A program made the position numbers and the translations under genes. DNA of 64,000 nt, taken from assembly GCA_964384105.1 (NCBI GenBank), contig CAYLJV010000001.1, positions 544,001-608,000 of the forward strand, written 5' to 3'. A model generated the notes under the pieces. It was not told the DNA's origin, did no database searches, and saw only the letters and a program-made list of their open reading frames with translations. Of the stretch, positions 8,685-18,778 are shown in pieces. Source of the stretch: Candidatus Hadarchaeota archaeon (GTDB lineage Archaea; Hadarchaeota; Hadarchaeia; Hadarchaeales; JAGGTB01). Positions within the stretch are counted from its first letter, which is position 1. Each line of letters begins with the position of its first letter.

Positions 8685-10373
8685 ATGAAAAATAAGGAGA
8701 TTGCGAAGATTCTCTACGAAATCGCTGATTTTCTTGAGATGAAAGATGTGGATTTTAAGCCAAGAGCTTATCGAAAAGCAGCAAGGAATATAGAAGCCCT
8801 GACTGAGGATATCGAGAGTATACATGAGAGAGGTGAGCTTGAGGATATCAGTGGTGTTGGTGAGTCGATAGCTAAAAAGATCGTGGAGTATTTGGATACT
8901 GGTAAGTTGGGATATTATGAAGAGCTTAAAGCAGATCTCCCTGTTGATATAGAGGCTCTTACTAACGTCGAAGGTTTGGGACCTAAGAGAGTCAAAAAAC
9001 TCCATAAGGAGTTAGGAATCGAATCTCTGGAGGGTCTGGAAAGAACTGCAATGAAAGGTAAAATTGCAGATGTGGAGGGCTTTGGCGAGAAAATCCAAGA
9101 AAATATTCTCAGAAATATAGAGGCTGCAAAAAAGGGGAGAGAAAGACAGTTAATTGGGAGGATTTTCCCAGTAGTTCAGGATTTGGAAAACAAATTATTG
9201 AATAAAGATACTTTTGATGATTTAGTGATTGTTGGTTCTTATCGTAGGAAGAAAGCAACTGTAGGTGATATCGACATCCTAGGGAGTTCTCAAGAGCCGA
9301 AGAGGGCTATGGATGATTTTTGTGAATTGGAGGATGTGAAAGAAATTTTGGTCAAAGGAAAAACCAAATCTTCGATTATTCTTTCTGAAGACCTGCAGGT
9401 GGACCTTCGAATTGTTAATAAGGATTCCCTTGGATCGGCGCTCATGTATTTTACGGGGTCTAAGGATCATAACGTTGCTTTGAGAAATAAAGTGAAACGA
9501 AAAAATTGGAAATTGAATGAGTATGGTCTGTTCGATGAAGATGATAAAAAATTGGCGAGCGAGACCGAGGAGGAGGTTTATAGAAGGATCGGTCTCGAGT
9601 TCATACCTCCTGAACTTAGGGAAAATACTGGGGAAATCGAAGCCGCAGAGGAGGGGAATTTGCCTGATTTGGTAAAAGTCGGGGATATTCGTGGGGACTT
9701 ACAAGTTCATTCTAATTACAGCGATGGGTCTAGTAGTTTAGAAGAAGTTGCTAAAAAAGCGGAAGAAACCGGTTTGAAGTATTTACTGATTTCTGATCAT
9801 GGACCTTCTTTGAAAGTGGCTGGTGGATTGGATAGAGAAGAGTTTGAACAACAGAAAAGAGAGATCGAGGAAATAAACGAGAAGATAGATGTAGAGATTT
9901 TGCATGGAATTGAAGCGAATATAGTTGATGGAGAATTGGATATTTCCTCCGATTGGTGTGAGGCGTGTGATATTCTTACGGTTGCTTTACATAATAGACC
10001 AGCTGATCCTACTCAAGAGATTTTGTCTGTTTTTGAGAACTACCCAGTTGACATTTTAGTTCATCCACTGGGGAGACAGATTTACAAGAGAGAACCCATT
10101 GATTTGGATCTGGATCGAATAGTGGAGAAGGCCCTGAAAGAGCACATTGCGATTGAGATAAATGCTCAGCCTGAGAGATTGGATTTGGACTGGCGGAACG
10201 TAAAGAAATATAGAAATAAGGTGAAGTTTGTTATCTCTACTGATGCCCATTCTACAACGGAGATGGATTTCATTCGTTTGGGAGTTTCCCAGGCGAGGAG
10301 AGGTTGGTGTGAAAGCAGAAATATACTTAATACTCGGCCCATAGAAGACGTGAGGTCGTATCTACATGGTTGA
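8685..10373 (+). CDS. polX: Family X DNA polymerase with C-terminal PHP domain
   Basis: GSYRR...GDIDIL, QVDLR, YFTGSKDHN, LNEYGL, PPELRE; PHP motifs HSNYSDG and STDAH. Confidence 0.95.
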   Translation: MKNKEIAKILYEIADFLEMKDVDFKPRAYRKAARNIEALTEDIESIHERGELEDISGVGESIAKKIVEYLDTGKLGYYEELKADLPVDIEALTNVEGLGPKRVKKLHKELGIESLEGLERTAMKGKIADVEGFGEKIQENILRNIEAAKKGRERQLIGRIFPVVQDLENKLLNKDTFDDLVIVGSYRRKKATVGDIDILGSSQEPKRAMDDFCELEDVKEILVKGKTKSSIILSEDLQVDLRIVNKDSLGSALMYFTGSKDHNVALRNKVKRKNWKLNEYGLFDEDDKKLASETEEEVYRRIGLEFIPPELRENTGEIEAAEEGNLPDLVKVGDIRGDLQVHSNYSDGSSSLEEVAKKAEETGLKYLLISDHGPSLKVAGGLDREEFEQQKREIEEINEKIDVEILHGIEANIVDGELDISSDWCEACDILTVALHNRPADPTQEILSVFENYPVDILVHPLGRQIYKREPIDLDLDRIVEKALKEHIAIEINAQPERLDLDWRNVKKYRNKVKFVISTDAHSTTEMDFIRLGVSQARRGWCESRNILNTRPIEDVRSYLHG

Positions 10374-12405
10374 AGAGCCAAAGGATAATCCATACGTACG
10401 AACTCCGAGCTTGAATTTCAAAGATATCAGTGAGATGGATAGGGCGGAGGCAAAAGGTGAGATTGAGAATTTGAGAGAAGCAATAAATTATCATGATTAT
10501 AGGTACTATGTCAAAAGCGATCCAATCATTTCTGACAGAACTTACGATTTGCTTTTTAATAGACTTGATGAATTAGAAAAAGAATTTGACTTTTTCGATG
10601 AGAACTCCCCAACTCAAAGAGTTGGTGGAGAGCCTTTGGACTCTTTTGAGACGAAGGAACATGTTTCCGAAATGCTTAGTCTAGACTCATCTGAAGACGA
10701 AGAAGAAGTTCGTAGATTCGACGAGAGGGTCAGGAGGGAGATAGGGAATGTTCAATATACTGCTGAGCCTAAGTTTGATGGATTTTCGGTTGAGATAGTT
10801 TATATTGATGGTGAGTTTGATAGGGCCGTTACTCGAGGGAATGGTTTAAGAGGTGACGATGTTTCTAAGAATGTTAAAACTATCAGAGCTGTCCCTTTAA
10901 GGCTGGATGGGGCTCCCGAACTGCTTTCCATTAGAGGTGAAATTTTCATGTCAAAGCCTGGTTTTCAGGAGTTGAACGAGGAGAGAGTCAAGAAAGGCGA
11001 GTCACCCTTCGCAAATCCTAGAAATGCTGCAGCTGGAACCATCAGACAGCTAGACTCGAGTGTTGTTGCCGAGAGACCTCTTGACATTTTTTTCTACGAT
11101 ATACTGGATACCAGTAAGGAGATAAGAACTCAAAGTGAAGCATTCGAATTTATGAAATCCCTCGGTCTAAAGGTGAACGAACTCAATGAACTCCTTGATG
11201 ATATAGATGCTTTTATCGACTATAGACAGAATATGCTGGAGATGAGGGATGAGTTCGAATATGATATTGATGGGGTGATAGCTAAGGTCAATAATATTGA
11301 GAGAAGGGAAAGGATGGGAAAAACAGCTAGACACCCTCGGTGGGCCTTTGCATACAAGTTTCCGGCTAAGACCGAGGAGACCAAAGTGGAGAAGATAGTA
11401 GTACAAGTGGGGAGGACGGGTAAATTAACTCCTGTGGCTTTATTGGATCCGGTAGATGTAAAGGGGGTTACGGTCAGTCGTGCAACTCTTCATAATGAAC
11501 AAATCGCTAGAGACTTGGGGATTACAGAAGGTGCGAGAGTTAAGGTAGAACGGGCGGGAGATGTAATTCCAGAGATCGAGGAGGTAATTGAATCGAAGGG
11601 GGAGCGTTTTAGCATGCCTAGTGCTTGTCCCGTCTGTGAGAGCAAAGTGGTTAAGGAGGGTAAATATCATTTTTGTACGGGCGGACTTTCCTGTGAGGCT
11701 CAGCTTGTCAGGTCTTTGGAGCATTTTTGTTCAAAATCGGCTATGGATATAGAAGGGGTGGGGGGTAAAATTGCGAGAAAACTAGTTCAGGTGGGGCTGA
11801 TTATGTCTGTTGCGGACTTATATTCTCTAAAAAAGGAGGATTTGGTTGATTTAGAAAAGTTCGCGGATAAATCTGCAGAGAATCTTCTTCGGGAGATAGA
11901 AGAGAGCAAAGAAGTTGACCTTGCGAGTTTTATATATGCTCTGGGAATTCGTCATGTTGGCAAAGAGAGGGCTAGGATTTTAGCGAATAATTTCACTTTA
12001 GAGGAGTTAGAAAATGCTAGCAGAGAGGAACTAGAAAATATTGAGGATATTGGTCCTGAAGTCTCCGCCAGTATTTATTCCTTTTTTAAAAGCGAGAAAA
12101 ATTTGGAGACCTTGAATAGATTAAAGAAGGCTATTAAGGAGCCGAAGAAACTAACGGAAGGCGAAGAGTTCGAAGGTTTGAAGTTCGTATTTACTGGGTC
12201 TGTGGAGGGATATACCCGGAGTGAGCTCAAGGACTTGATGGAGAGATCCGGAGCGAGGGTTACCTCTTCGGTCAGTGGAGAAACCGATTATTTAGTGAAG
12301 GGAGAGAATCCTGGGAGGAATAAACTAGAAGAGGCGAAAAAGTTAGGGACGGAGATTTTGGACTCAGAAGAATTTAAAGAAAGATTTCTTGATAAGATAG
12401 TTTGA
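10366..12405 (+). CDS. ligA: NAD+-dependent DNA ligase
   Basis: KFDG adenylation motif, TRGNG, NPRNAAAG, C4 zinc finger, HhH repeats, BRCT; overlaps the polX stop. Confidence 0.96.
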   Translation: MVEEPKDNPYVRTPSLNFKDISEMDRAEAKGEIENLREAINYHDYRYYVKSDPIISDRTYDLLFNRLDELEKEFDFFDENSPTQRVGGEPLDSFETKEHVSEMLSLDSSEDEEEVRRFDERVRREIGNVQYTAEPKFDGFSVEIVYIDGEFDRAVTRGNGLRGDDVSKNVKTIRAVPLRLDGAPELLSIRGEIFMSKPGFQELNEERVKKGESPFANPRNAAAGTIRQLDSSVVAERPLDIFFYDILDTSKEIRTQSEAFEFMKSLGLKVNELNELLDDIDAFIDYRQNMLEMRDEFEYDIDGVIAKVNNIERRERMGKTARHPRWAFAYKFPAKTEETKVEKIVVQVGRTGKLTPVALLDPVDVKGVTVSRATLHNEQIARDLGITEGARVKVERAGDVIPEIEEVIESKGERFSMPSACPVCESKVVKEGKYHFCTGGLSCEAQLVRSLEHFCSKSAMDIEGVGGKIARKLVQVGLIMSVADLYSLKKEDLVDLEKFADKSAENLLREIEESKEVDLASFIYALGIRHVGKERARILANNFTLEELENASREELENIEDIGPEVSASIYSFFKSEKNLETLNRLKKAIKEPKKLTEGEEFEGLKFVFTGSVEGYTRSELKDLMERSGARVTSSVSGETDYLVKGENPGRNKLEEAKKLGTEILDSEEFKERFLDKIV

Positions 12406-12461
12406 ATATTCAAAAAAGGTACTCGTATGATTTCCTGGTTCTATGTTTATCGGTGATATAA

Positions 12462-13244
12462 TTGCAAAATTTGCTTGCCAATTGGGATGAGTATAAGGGT
12501 CTATTTTTAGATCCTATCTTTTTAATATCGGACTATGACGGTACATTGACTCCAATTGTGAGTCGGCCTGGGGATGCTGAGCTTTCTAAAGATATGAAAG
12601 AATTGCTAGGTAAAATGGCCAGAGTGTGTCCAGTTGCTATTGTGAGTGGGCGATCTCTTGATGATCTAAAGGCTAGGGTGGGTCTTGAAAATCTTTATTA
12701 CTCCGGTAACCATGGACTGGAGATTACTGGGCCTGGAATTGAATTTACAAAAGAAGAAGCAAAAGAATCGAGGGCGGTTATTGAGGAAATCTGCGAGAAG
12801 ATTATGGAAAAAGGTGGATCTATAGAGGGGATCTTGGTAGAAAACAAGGGTCTCACAGCGAGTGTCCACTATAGGCTCGTTGGAAAAAAGGATCTTCCAC
12901 GTTTAAAGCGCATAGTTGAGAAGGAAATTTCACCTTATAAAAGAGAGGGGTTGTTGGAAATTAATCATGGTAAAAAGGTAATTGAGATCAGACCTGATAT
13001 AAAATGGAACAAGGGAAATGCAGTTTCGCTATTGTTAAATGTTGTAAGCTTGGATCACGATACTTTTCCAGTTTATTTAGGGGACGATACCACAGATGAA
13101 GATGTTTTTTCTTATCTAGAGGACCAAGGAGTTAGCATCCTAATTTCAGAGGAAGATAAAGAATCTTCTGCTGGTTTTAGATTAAACAGTGTTGACGAGG
13201 TCGGGGAGTTTTTAAGCAGATTGCATGATGTTCTGGATTTGTAA
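12462..13244 (+). CDS. otsB: Trehalose-6-phosphate phosphatase (HAD IIB)
   Basis: DYDGTLTPIV, SGR, GNHGLE, HYR, WNKG, GDDTTDED. Confidence 0.92.
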   Translation: MQNLLANWDEYKGLFLDPIFLISDYDGTLTPIVSRPGDAELSKDMKELLGKMARVCPVAIVSGRSLDDLKARVGLENLYYSGNHGLEITGPGIEFTKEEAKESRAVIEEICEKIMEKGGSIEGILVENKGLTASVHYRLVGKKDLPRLKRIVEKEISPYKREGLLEINHGKKVIEIRPDIKWNKGNAVSLLLNVVSLDHDTFPVYLGDDTTDEDVFSYLEDQGVSILISEEDKESSAGFRLNSVDEVGEFLSRLHDVLDL

Positions 13245-13310
13245 ATATTTCTTGTGAAAAAGGGTGATATTAGGTAAATCTTAAGTATACTTTTAAGATA
13301 GCCTAATTCG

Positions 13311-14612
13311 ATGTATTCGAAATATATACGCGATCCAGTTTTTGGTTATATTGGCTTGACCGAAGTAGAAAAGAACATAGTGGATACTTTCCCAGTCCAG
13401 AGGTTGAGAGGCATAAAGCAGCTTTCAGTTTCTAATATAGCTTATCCTGGAGGGGATCATAGTCGTTTTTCCCATATTTTGGGTACCATGCACTTGGCAG
13501 GCGAAATCGCAGAGAGTTTAGGCAGTAGAGTGGAGATATCTAAGGAAGATTTGCAGCTAGTTAGGCTGGGGGGATTACTTCATGATATTGGACATGGTCC
13601 TTTTTCTCATTCTTACGAAGAGATTTTGTCAAAGCATAGGAACATGACTCACGAGGACTTGGGTGCAAGAATCCTAAAGGAGAGTTCGCTCGCGGATGAA
13701 ATCAAGGCTCAAGGGTTTGAGCCAGATGAAATCGCAGAATTGGATTTTGGCGAGCCTGAAAGGGAGAGATACTTCAAGCAGATTATAACGAGTCAATTCG
13801 ATGCAGACAAGATGGATTTCTTACTCCGGGATTCTTACTTTACTGGAGTAGAGTATGGTAGAATAGACGTTCATAGGCTTATCCAAGCTATGGATGTTAT
13901 TGAGGGCGATATCGCAATAGACAAAAAAGCCATAGCTGCTCTTGAAACTTTTATGATCGCGCGTTACGAAATGTTTCTGACGGTTTATTATCATCATTCT
14001 GTCAGGGCTGCGGAGATAATGCTCAGAAAAGCGATGGATCATGCCCATGAAATTCTGGGTTTGACGACGTTTGATAGTGCCGAAGAGTTTCTTCAGTTAG
14101 ATGACGCCTACGTAGCGAGTGAACTTAAAAAATTGGATCCATCTGAATATAGAGGAGAAGATAGAGAAGAAGCGGAAAAAGCCAAGCAGCTTTTTCAGAA
14201 ACTTAGCAGACGGGATTTGTTGAAATCCGCCTTTGAAAGGACTATTTTTTTGCAGGATGAGTATGTGGCGAGACTCCTGAGCGATGAGTCAATTCGAGAG
14301 AGAAAGGAGTTAGAGATTGCCGAAAAAGCTGGAGTTGATCCTGAGTTAGTGATTGTTGATGTACCGACTCTTACATCCATGCCTTATTATCCCAGAGAGA
14401 TAGACCCTGTGGAGGTACCAATTTTCGAGACTACTCTCGAGGGTGAAAAGAAGTTAGTGCCCCTTTCTGGATATTCTAAGTTTGTTAATGTTCTGAAAGG
14501 ATACGTGGATATAATAAGAGTCTTTACTTCAAAGGAACACAGGAAATCTGTAGGGCAAGCCGCTGAGGAAGTATTTGAAGAACTACCTCTCTCGGCTAAA
14601 ATTAGTATGTGA
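13311..14612 (+). CDS. HD-domain dNTP triphosphohydrolase-like protein (SAMHD1-like)
   Basis: QRLRGIKQL, HSRFSH, LHDIGHGPFSH, DADKMDFLLRD. Confidence 0.9.
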   Translation: MYSKYIRDPVFGYIGLTEVEKNIVDTFPVQRLRGIKQLSVSNIAYPGGDHSRFSHILGTMHLAGEIAESLGSRVEISKEDLQLVRLGGLLHDIGHGPFSHSYEEILSKHRNMTHEDLGARILKESSLADEIKAQGFEPDEIAELDFGEPERERYFKQIITSQFDADKMDFLLRDSYFTGVEYGRIDVHRLIQAMDVIEGDIAIDKKAIAALETFMIARYEMFLTVYYHHSVRAAEIMLRKAMDHAHEILGLTTFDSAEEFLQLDDAYVASELKKLDPSEYRGEDREEAEKAKQLFQKLSRRDLLKSAFERTIFLQDEYVARLLSDESIRERKELEIAEKAGVDPELVIVDVPTLTSMPYYPREIDPVEVPIFETTLEGEKKLVPLSGYSKFVNVLKGYVDIIRVFTSKEHRKSVGQAAEEVFEELPLSAKISM

Positions 14613-15210
14613 TGACTTTTTTTACTTCGTTTATTATTTTTTTGTGTACTTCTTTTTCTTTTAAGGTTCCATCTATCAAAGGCATTTTTTCTTCTTTTGC
14701 TAATTTTTGATAGGTTTTCCTTACCTTTTTTTGAAGGTCTAGATCGCTTTCGAAGACATCCGACTTTCCTTCAAAATTAGTCCTTTGGTAGCCGATCTCG
14801 ACTGGAATATCTATGAATATAGTTAGGTTAGGGTCTACGGCATATTTGTTGATTAGTTCGACCCATTTGCGAGGGAGTCCTCTTGAGGTTTGATATGCTA
14901 GAGAAGAGTGCAAGTATCTCTCGGTTACTACTATCTTTCCTTTTTCCAAGGCGGGCTTGATAACTTCCTGTATATGTTGGGCCCGATCACTGGCGAAGAG
15001 TAAGGCCTCCGCTTCCAACGATATATCGATCTTTCCGTTCAGAGAATCTCTGAGAGTTAGACCTATCTGATTATCAGTGGGTTCCTTAGTCATCTCGATT
15101 TCATATCCTTCCGATTTCAACCATTTGGAAAGTAACTTTGCTTGTGTGCTTTTTCCGCATCCGTCGGGTCCTTCAAGAGCTATTAGTAAACCTTTAGTAT
15201 TTTCTTTCAT
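14602..15210 (-). CDS. tmk: Thymidylate kinase
   Basis: EGPDGCGKST, KEPT, ERYLHSSLAYQ. Confidence 0.94.
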   Translation of the reverse strand: MKENTKGLLIALEGPDGCGKSTQAKLLSKWLKSEGYEIEMTKEPTDNQIGLTLRDSLNGKIDISLEAEALLFASDRAQHIQEVIKPALEKGKIVVTERYLHSSLAYQTSRGLPRKWVELINKYAVDPNLTIFIDIPVEIGYQRTNFEGKSDVFESDLDLQKKVRKTYQKLAKEEKMPLIDGTLKEKEVHKKIINEVKKVITY

Positions 15211-15276
15211 TTTTCAAAACAACCATTCTAACAATATATTAAGATCCGTAATTGTAAAAATACTGAAGTTTTTTAG

Positions 15277-15672
15277 TTACCTATTCACTTCTACGTTCCC
15301 ATTTCTTATAGTAACGAAATCTTCATTTTTTATGACTTCGATCGGATTCTTATTGAGTTTGTGAACTAGAGGAATGTCCGCGATGATCGCACCGGTTGCA
15401 ACTATCGGTTCCGTATTGACATTTATCATCGCAGCTGGTGCTTTATTGTTTAGAACAAGTTGGTAAATTACATAAGACCCTACTGTACTCCCCTTTCCGT
15501 GGGGAAATACGAGAATTTTATTTTTGAGTTTTTTTCCTTCTAATTCATGACCGGATTCTATGACCACCCCTGTTTCTGCATTCACTCCGCCTAGGAACGA
15601 AAGTGGGTCCTTTGTTACAAGCGCTTTTCCTTCAGCGCGTCCTTTTCTTACTGCTTCTCCTTTAAGCTTCAT
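15277..15672 (-). CDS. Aconitase X small (swivel, DUF126) subunit; phosphomevalonate dehydratase small subunit
   Basis: True start probably MKLKGEAV at 15672, overlapping the large-subunit stop; LSFLGGV and GKGSTVGSY motifs. Confidence 0.88.
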   Translation of the reverse strand: MKLKGEAVRKGRAEGKALVTKDPLSFLGGVNAETGVVIESGHELEGKKLKNKILVFPHGKGSTVGSYVIYQLVLNNKAPAAMINVNTEPIVATGAIIADIPLVHKLNKNPIEVIKNEDFVTIRNGNVEVNR

Positions 15673-16841
15673 CTTATCAACTCTTTTAGTGGAGCAAAGT
15701 GTACTTTTACACCGGCTAGCAACGGAGCATAGTATGCCGCTTTGGCGGAATTTACTCCTATTTTTTCGTAGCCCATCTCTGCCAAGGGGGCCACAACCAT
15801 GCAAGTATCGCAGACAAGTCTCACATTCTTTTTTTCGAGTAGTTGAAGTTCTTCTGGATCGAGTTTCTCTTTTAGGTTTCTGGCCAAGCATAGCCAAATT
15901 TCCTTTTCCCCCGCGTTTTCTATTATACTCTTTATTTCATCTTTTGAAGCGTGTGGACATCCTATGCAGATGATATCGGTGTCGCTGACTTGATCGAGTT
16001 CGTTTACAACTTCTTCTAATTCTTCTTTTCCAAATTCTACTTTTTCCTCCCCTTTGCAAATCTCCGGGTTTCTTTTCGCCTCTGCAGTTACTTCGGGAAT
16101 GTGATAAAGTGCTATTGCTCCAGAGGTTGCTAGGCCCGCGCCAAGCGCCTTTTTTTGATCTTCGGTTGGTCTGAGATTTTCTATGATAGGAGTTGCTTCT
16201 GGAAACTTTTTTCCGATCCAGTAACCGAGAACACTGTAAGGAAAAGTTTCATCGCTCTTGAAAAGATTTGAGTCGGGTTTTATCGTTACATCACCCGTTC
16301 TATTCTCGTCTAAATGATATCCATGGAGGGGGGTTAGTCCGGTGATAGCGGAGGCGAGTGCGCTAGGAGCTCCTTCTCTGTTTGTCCTGGCTCCGAGAAC
16401 TGAGTTTGCATAAACTACGGCGGAAGATTCCGCCCAGGCTAGGTGGTCTCCGAAAGAAGGGTTGTTACCGATTAGATAGGGGGTACAGGAACAAATCGGT
16501 GTCGCACCCATCTCTTCGTAAGCTTTGACCATCCTCAGTTGTTTTTTGGACATTTCTTTTGGGGCGCCCAATTCCTTCCAGTTTTTAAGGTCCATGCCTG
16601 CGGGGTTTATAGTAGTGGGGACTGAAACTTTGGCTCCCTTTTCTACTAGATCCTCGAGGAAGTTTAGACCGGCATCTCCGGCGGTTCTTACGGAAACTCC
16701 TGACACGTGTGCGTTTTTTATGGGTATTAGTTTGTCTGCGTTGTATATCTCACCGAGCGCTACTAGAATTTCCATTGCTTTCTTAGAGGCTTTTCCTTCC
16801 TCACCGGCTAAGATATTTTCTTGCTTTTTTGTAAGATGCAA
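15669..16841 (-). CDS. Aconitase X large subunit (DUF521); phosphomevalonate dehydratase
   Basis: HVSGVS, CSCTPY, WAESSAV, GARTNREG, GCPH, DTCMVVAP, NSAKAAYY. Confidence 0.92.
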   Translation of the reverse strand: MHLTKKQENILAGEEGKASKKAMEILVALGEIYNADKLIPIKNAHVSGVSVRTAGDAGLNFLEDLVEKGAKVSVPTTINPAGMDLKNWKELGAPKEMSKKQLRMVKAYEEMGATPICSCTPYLIGNNPSFGDHLAWAESSAVVYANSVLGARTNREGAPSALASAITGLTPLHGYHLDENRTGDVTIKPDSNLFKSDETFPYSVLGYWIGKKFPEATPIIENLRPTEDQKKALGAGLATSGAIALYHIPEVTAEAKRNPEICKGEEKVEFGKEELEEVVNELDQVSDTDIICIGCPHASKDEIKSIIENAGEKEIWLCLARNLKEKLDPEELQLLEKKNVRLVCDTCMVVAPLAEMGYEKIGVNSAKAAYYAPLLAGVKVHFAPLKELIR

Positions 16842-16853
16842 TGTAGTCTACCT

Positions 16854-18161
16854 CTACTCTTCTGGGATTTTCGCTTTTTCGAACCTTTTTGGATCTTCTA
16901 AATCTTTTGTTGCATCGATTCCCATTTTACAACCTAATCGAGATTCGGGATCGGCAGTGGGGTCTAGACTAGAGCCCCGGACATTGGATTTGATTAAAGA
17001 ATCAGTATCCCCACGGAAGCGGGTGGCGATTGCCCATTCTACTTCCCTCATGTTGTAGATATCTATATCTTCATCTACGACCACTACATGTTTCACGCTG
17101 GGATGTCCTTTAAAGGCAGCCTCGATGGCTTTTTTTCCATCTTTCTCATTCTTTTTGTCTATGCTTACTACAGCATGTAGCCATCCACATCCCCCAGGTG
17201 TGAGGGCTACGTTGATCGTTTTAACGACATGGTTCACTTCTTCAAAGATGAGAGGTTCTCTTGGAGTCCCCATTAGAAGTTGATGTTCGATACTGCCAGG
17301 GAGTATTGCGGGATAAATCGTTTCTTCTCTCCTTGTGATGTACTTTACTTTGAACACGGGTTGCTTCCTGACTGCGTCGTAAGTTCCAGTGATGTCTGCA
17401 AATGGTCCTTCTGGGGCTCTTTCTTCGGCAAGTAGTTTTCCTTCTAGAACTATTTCTGAAGTGGTTGGAACTTCTAGATCCATGGTCCTGCATTTTACGA
17501 GTTCTAAATCTTTTGTGAGAGCATTTGCTATGGCATATTCGTCTCTTTCGTATTCCACCGAGGTCGCTGCTGCTAAGGCTACTCCGACATCTACCCCAAG
17601 AATAGCGGCTACATCAAGATCTTCGTTATTTCGTTCTTTTTCTTTGAAGATTTTGTGAAGGTCCCGAGGAACTAACCGGATTGTGAACTTATCCTTTTCA
17701 ATCAGTTGCATTCTGTGAAACGATAGATTGCGGATACCTTCAGAGTCTTTTGCGACTATTATGCTTGAAGTAACGTATGGTCCCCCATCTTTTTCAAAAT
17801 GTTTCAAAATTGGAAGTTTTTGGAGATTGACTTTATCCTTTTCTATTTCTTGAGCTGGTCCACTGGCTTTTATTCTAGGTTTTTTCTTGTTGGAAAGTGC
17901 ATCTTTCATTTTTCTGAGCAGGTCATCTTTTTTTATTCCCAGATTTTCCGCTACCCTTTCTCTAGAACCGTATATATTTCCGGCCAGTCTTATATCGGAT
18001 TTTTTGACTTTTTCAAAAATTATAGGATCGTCAGATTTGTTTAGTTTGGAAGAAATCTCATATTTTGGACTTATTTCGTTCTTTACATGCTCAAGCCTTT
18101 TCTCTCGATCTAATTTGTTTATAAAATCTCTAAAATTCATTATTTTTAAAGACCTCTCCAA
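16854..18161 (-). CDS. ubiD: UbiD-family prFMN decarboxylase, probably anhydromevalonate phosphate decarboxylase
   Basis: DGGPY, EGPFADITG, GGCGWLH, SSLDP, GIDATK; clustered with acnX and ubiX. Confidence 0.9.
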   Translation of the reverse strand: MERSLKIMNFRDFINKLDREKRLEHVKNEISPKYEISSKLNKSDDPIIFEKVKKSDIRLAGNIYGSRERVAENLGIKKDDLLRKMKDALSNKKKPRIKASGPAQEIEKDKVNLQKLPILKHFEKDGGPYVTSSIIVAKDSEGIRNLSFHRMQLIEKDKFTIRLVPRDLHKIFKEKERNNEDLDVAAILGVDVGVALAAATSVEYERDEYAIANALTKDLELVKCRTMDLEVPTTSEIVLEGKLLAEERAPEGPFADITGTYDAVRKQPVFKVKYITRREETIYPAILPGSIEHQLLMGTPREPLIFEEVNHVVKTINVALTPGGCGWLHAVVSIDKKNEKDGKKAIEAAFKGHPSVKHVVVVDEDIDIYNMREVEWAIATRFRGDTDSLIKSNVRGSSLDPTADPESRLGCKMGIDATKDLEDPKRFEKAKIPEE

Positions 18162-18703
18162 GCTTGATAAAGTTGGTGTTCAATACCAATTTGATCCAGT
18201 ATTTTGCCCACTACGAAGTTGACTAAATCTTCTATTGATTTTGGCTTGTGGTAGAAGCCGGGTGATGCAGGAAGGATCGTTGCGCCAGCTTTCTTCAGTT
18301 TTGTCAGATTGTCCAAATGAATCGCGTGCAGTGGTGTTTCTCTGGGAACTAATATCAACTTCCTATTTTCTTTTAAAGCCACATCTGCAGCTCGAGTTAT
18401 GAGGTTGTCTGCTATCCCACTGGCTATGGACCCTATTGTTTTCATACTACAAGGGACGATAATCATACCATCATTTTTCACAGAACCACTAGCTATAGGT
18501 GCCCCGATTTCTTTATATCCATAATAATTAGTTGATTTTCTCTTTATTTCATCTATTTTATCTTCTAGTTCAAATTTCATTATTTTTTCTGCGGCTGGGG
18601 ATATTATGAGGTTTGTTTTGATCTCTTTTTTCGAACATACCTCTATTAGCTTTTTTCCGTAGACGACTCCACTAGATCCGGTTATAGCGATTATTAATTC
18701 CAT
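18146..18703 (-). CDS. ubiX: Flavin prenyltransferase UbiX
   Basis: ITGSSG, IASGS, PCSMKT, RAADVALKE, PRETP, PGFYH. Confidence 0.95.
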   Translation of the reverse strand: MELIIAITGSSGVVYGKKLIEVCSKKEIKTNLIISPAAEKIMKFELEDKIDEIKRKSTNYYGYKEIGAPIASGSVKNDGMIIVPCSMKTIGSIASGIADNLITRAADVALKENRKLILVPRETPLHAIHLDNLTKLKKAGATILPASPGFYHKPKSIEDLVNFVVGKILDQIGIEHQLYQAWRGL

Positions 18704-18778
18704 AACTCTCCAGTTGGCTTTACTTGAGATTCTTAATAAGTCTAGAGCTTTTTATTCAAAATATTGGTTCAGAAGAGC

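Noticed and set aside
15673-15897. Long N-terminal extension of the AcnX small subunit in the ORF track
   Set aside because: It overlaps the large-subunit gene in another frame; ATG 15672 gives normal size and translational coupling.
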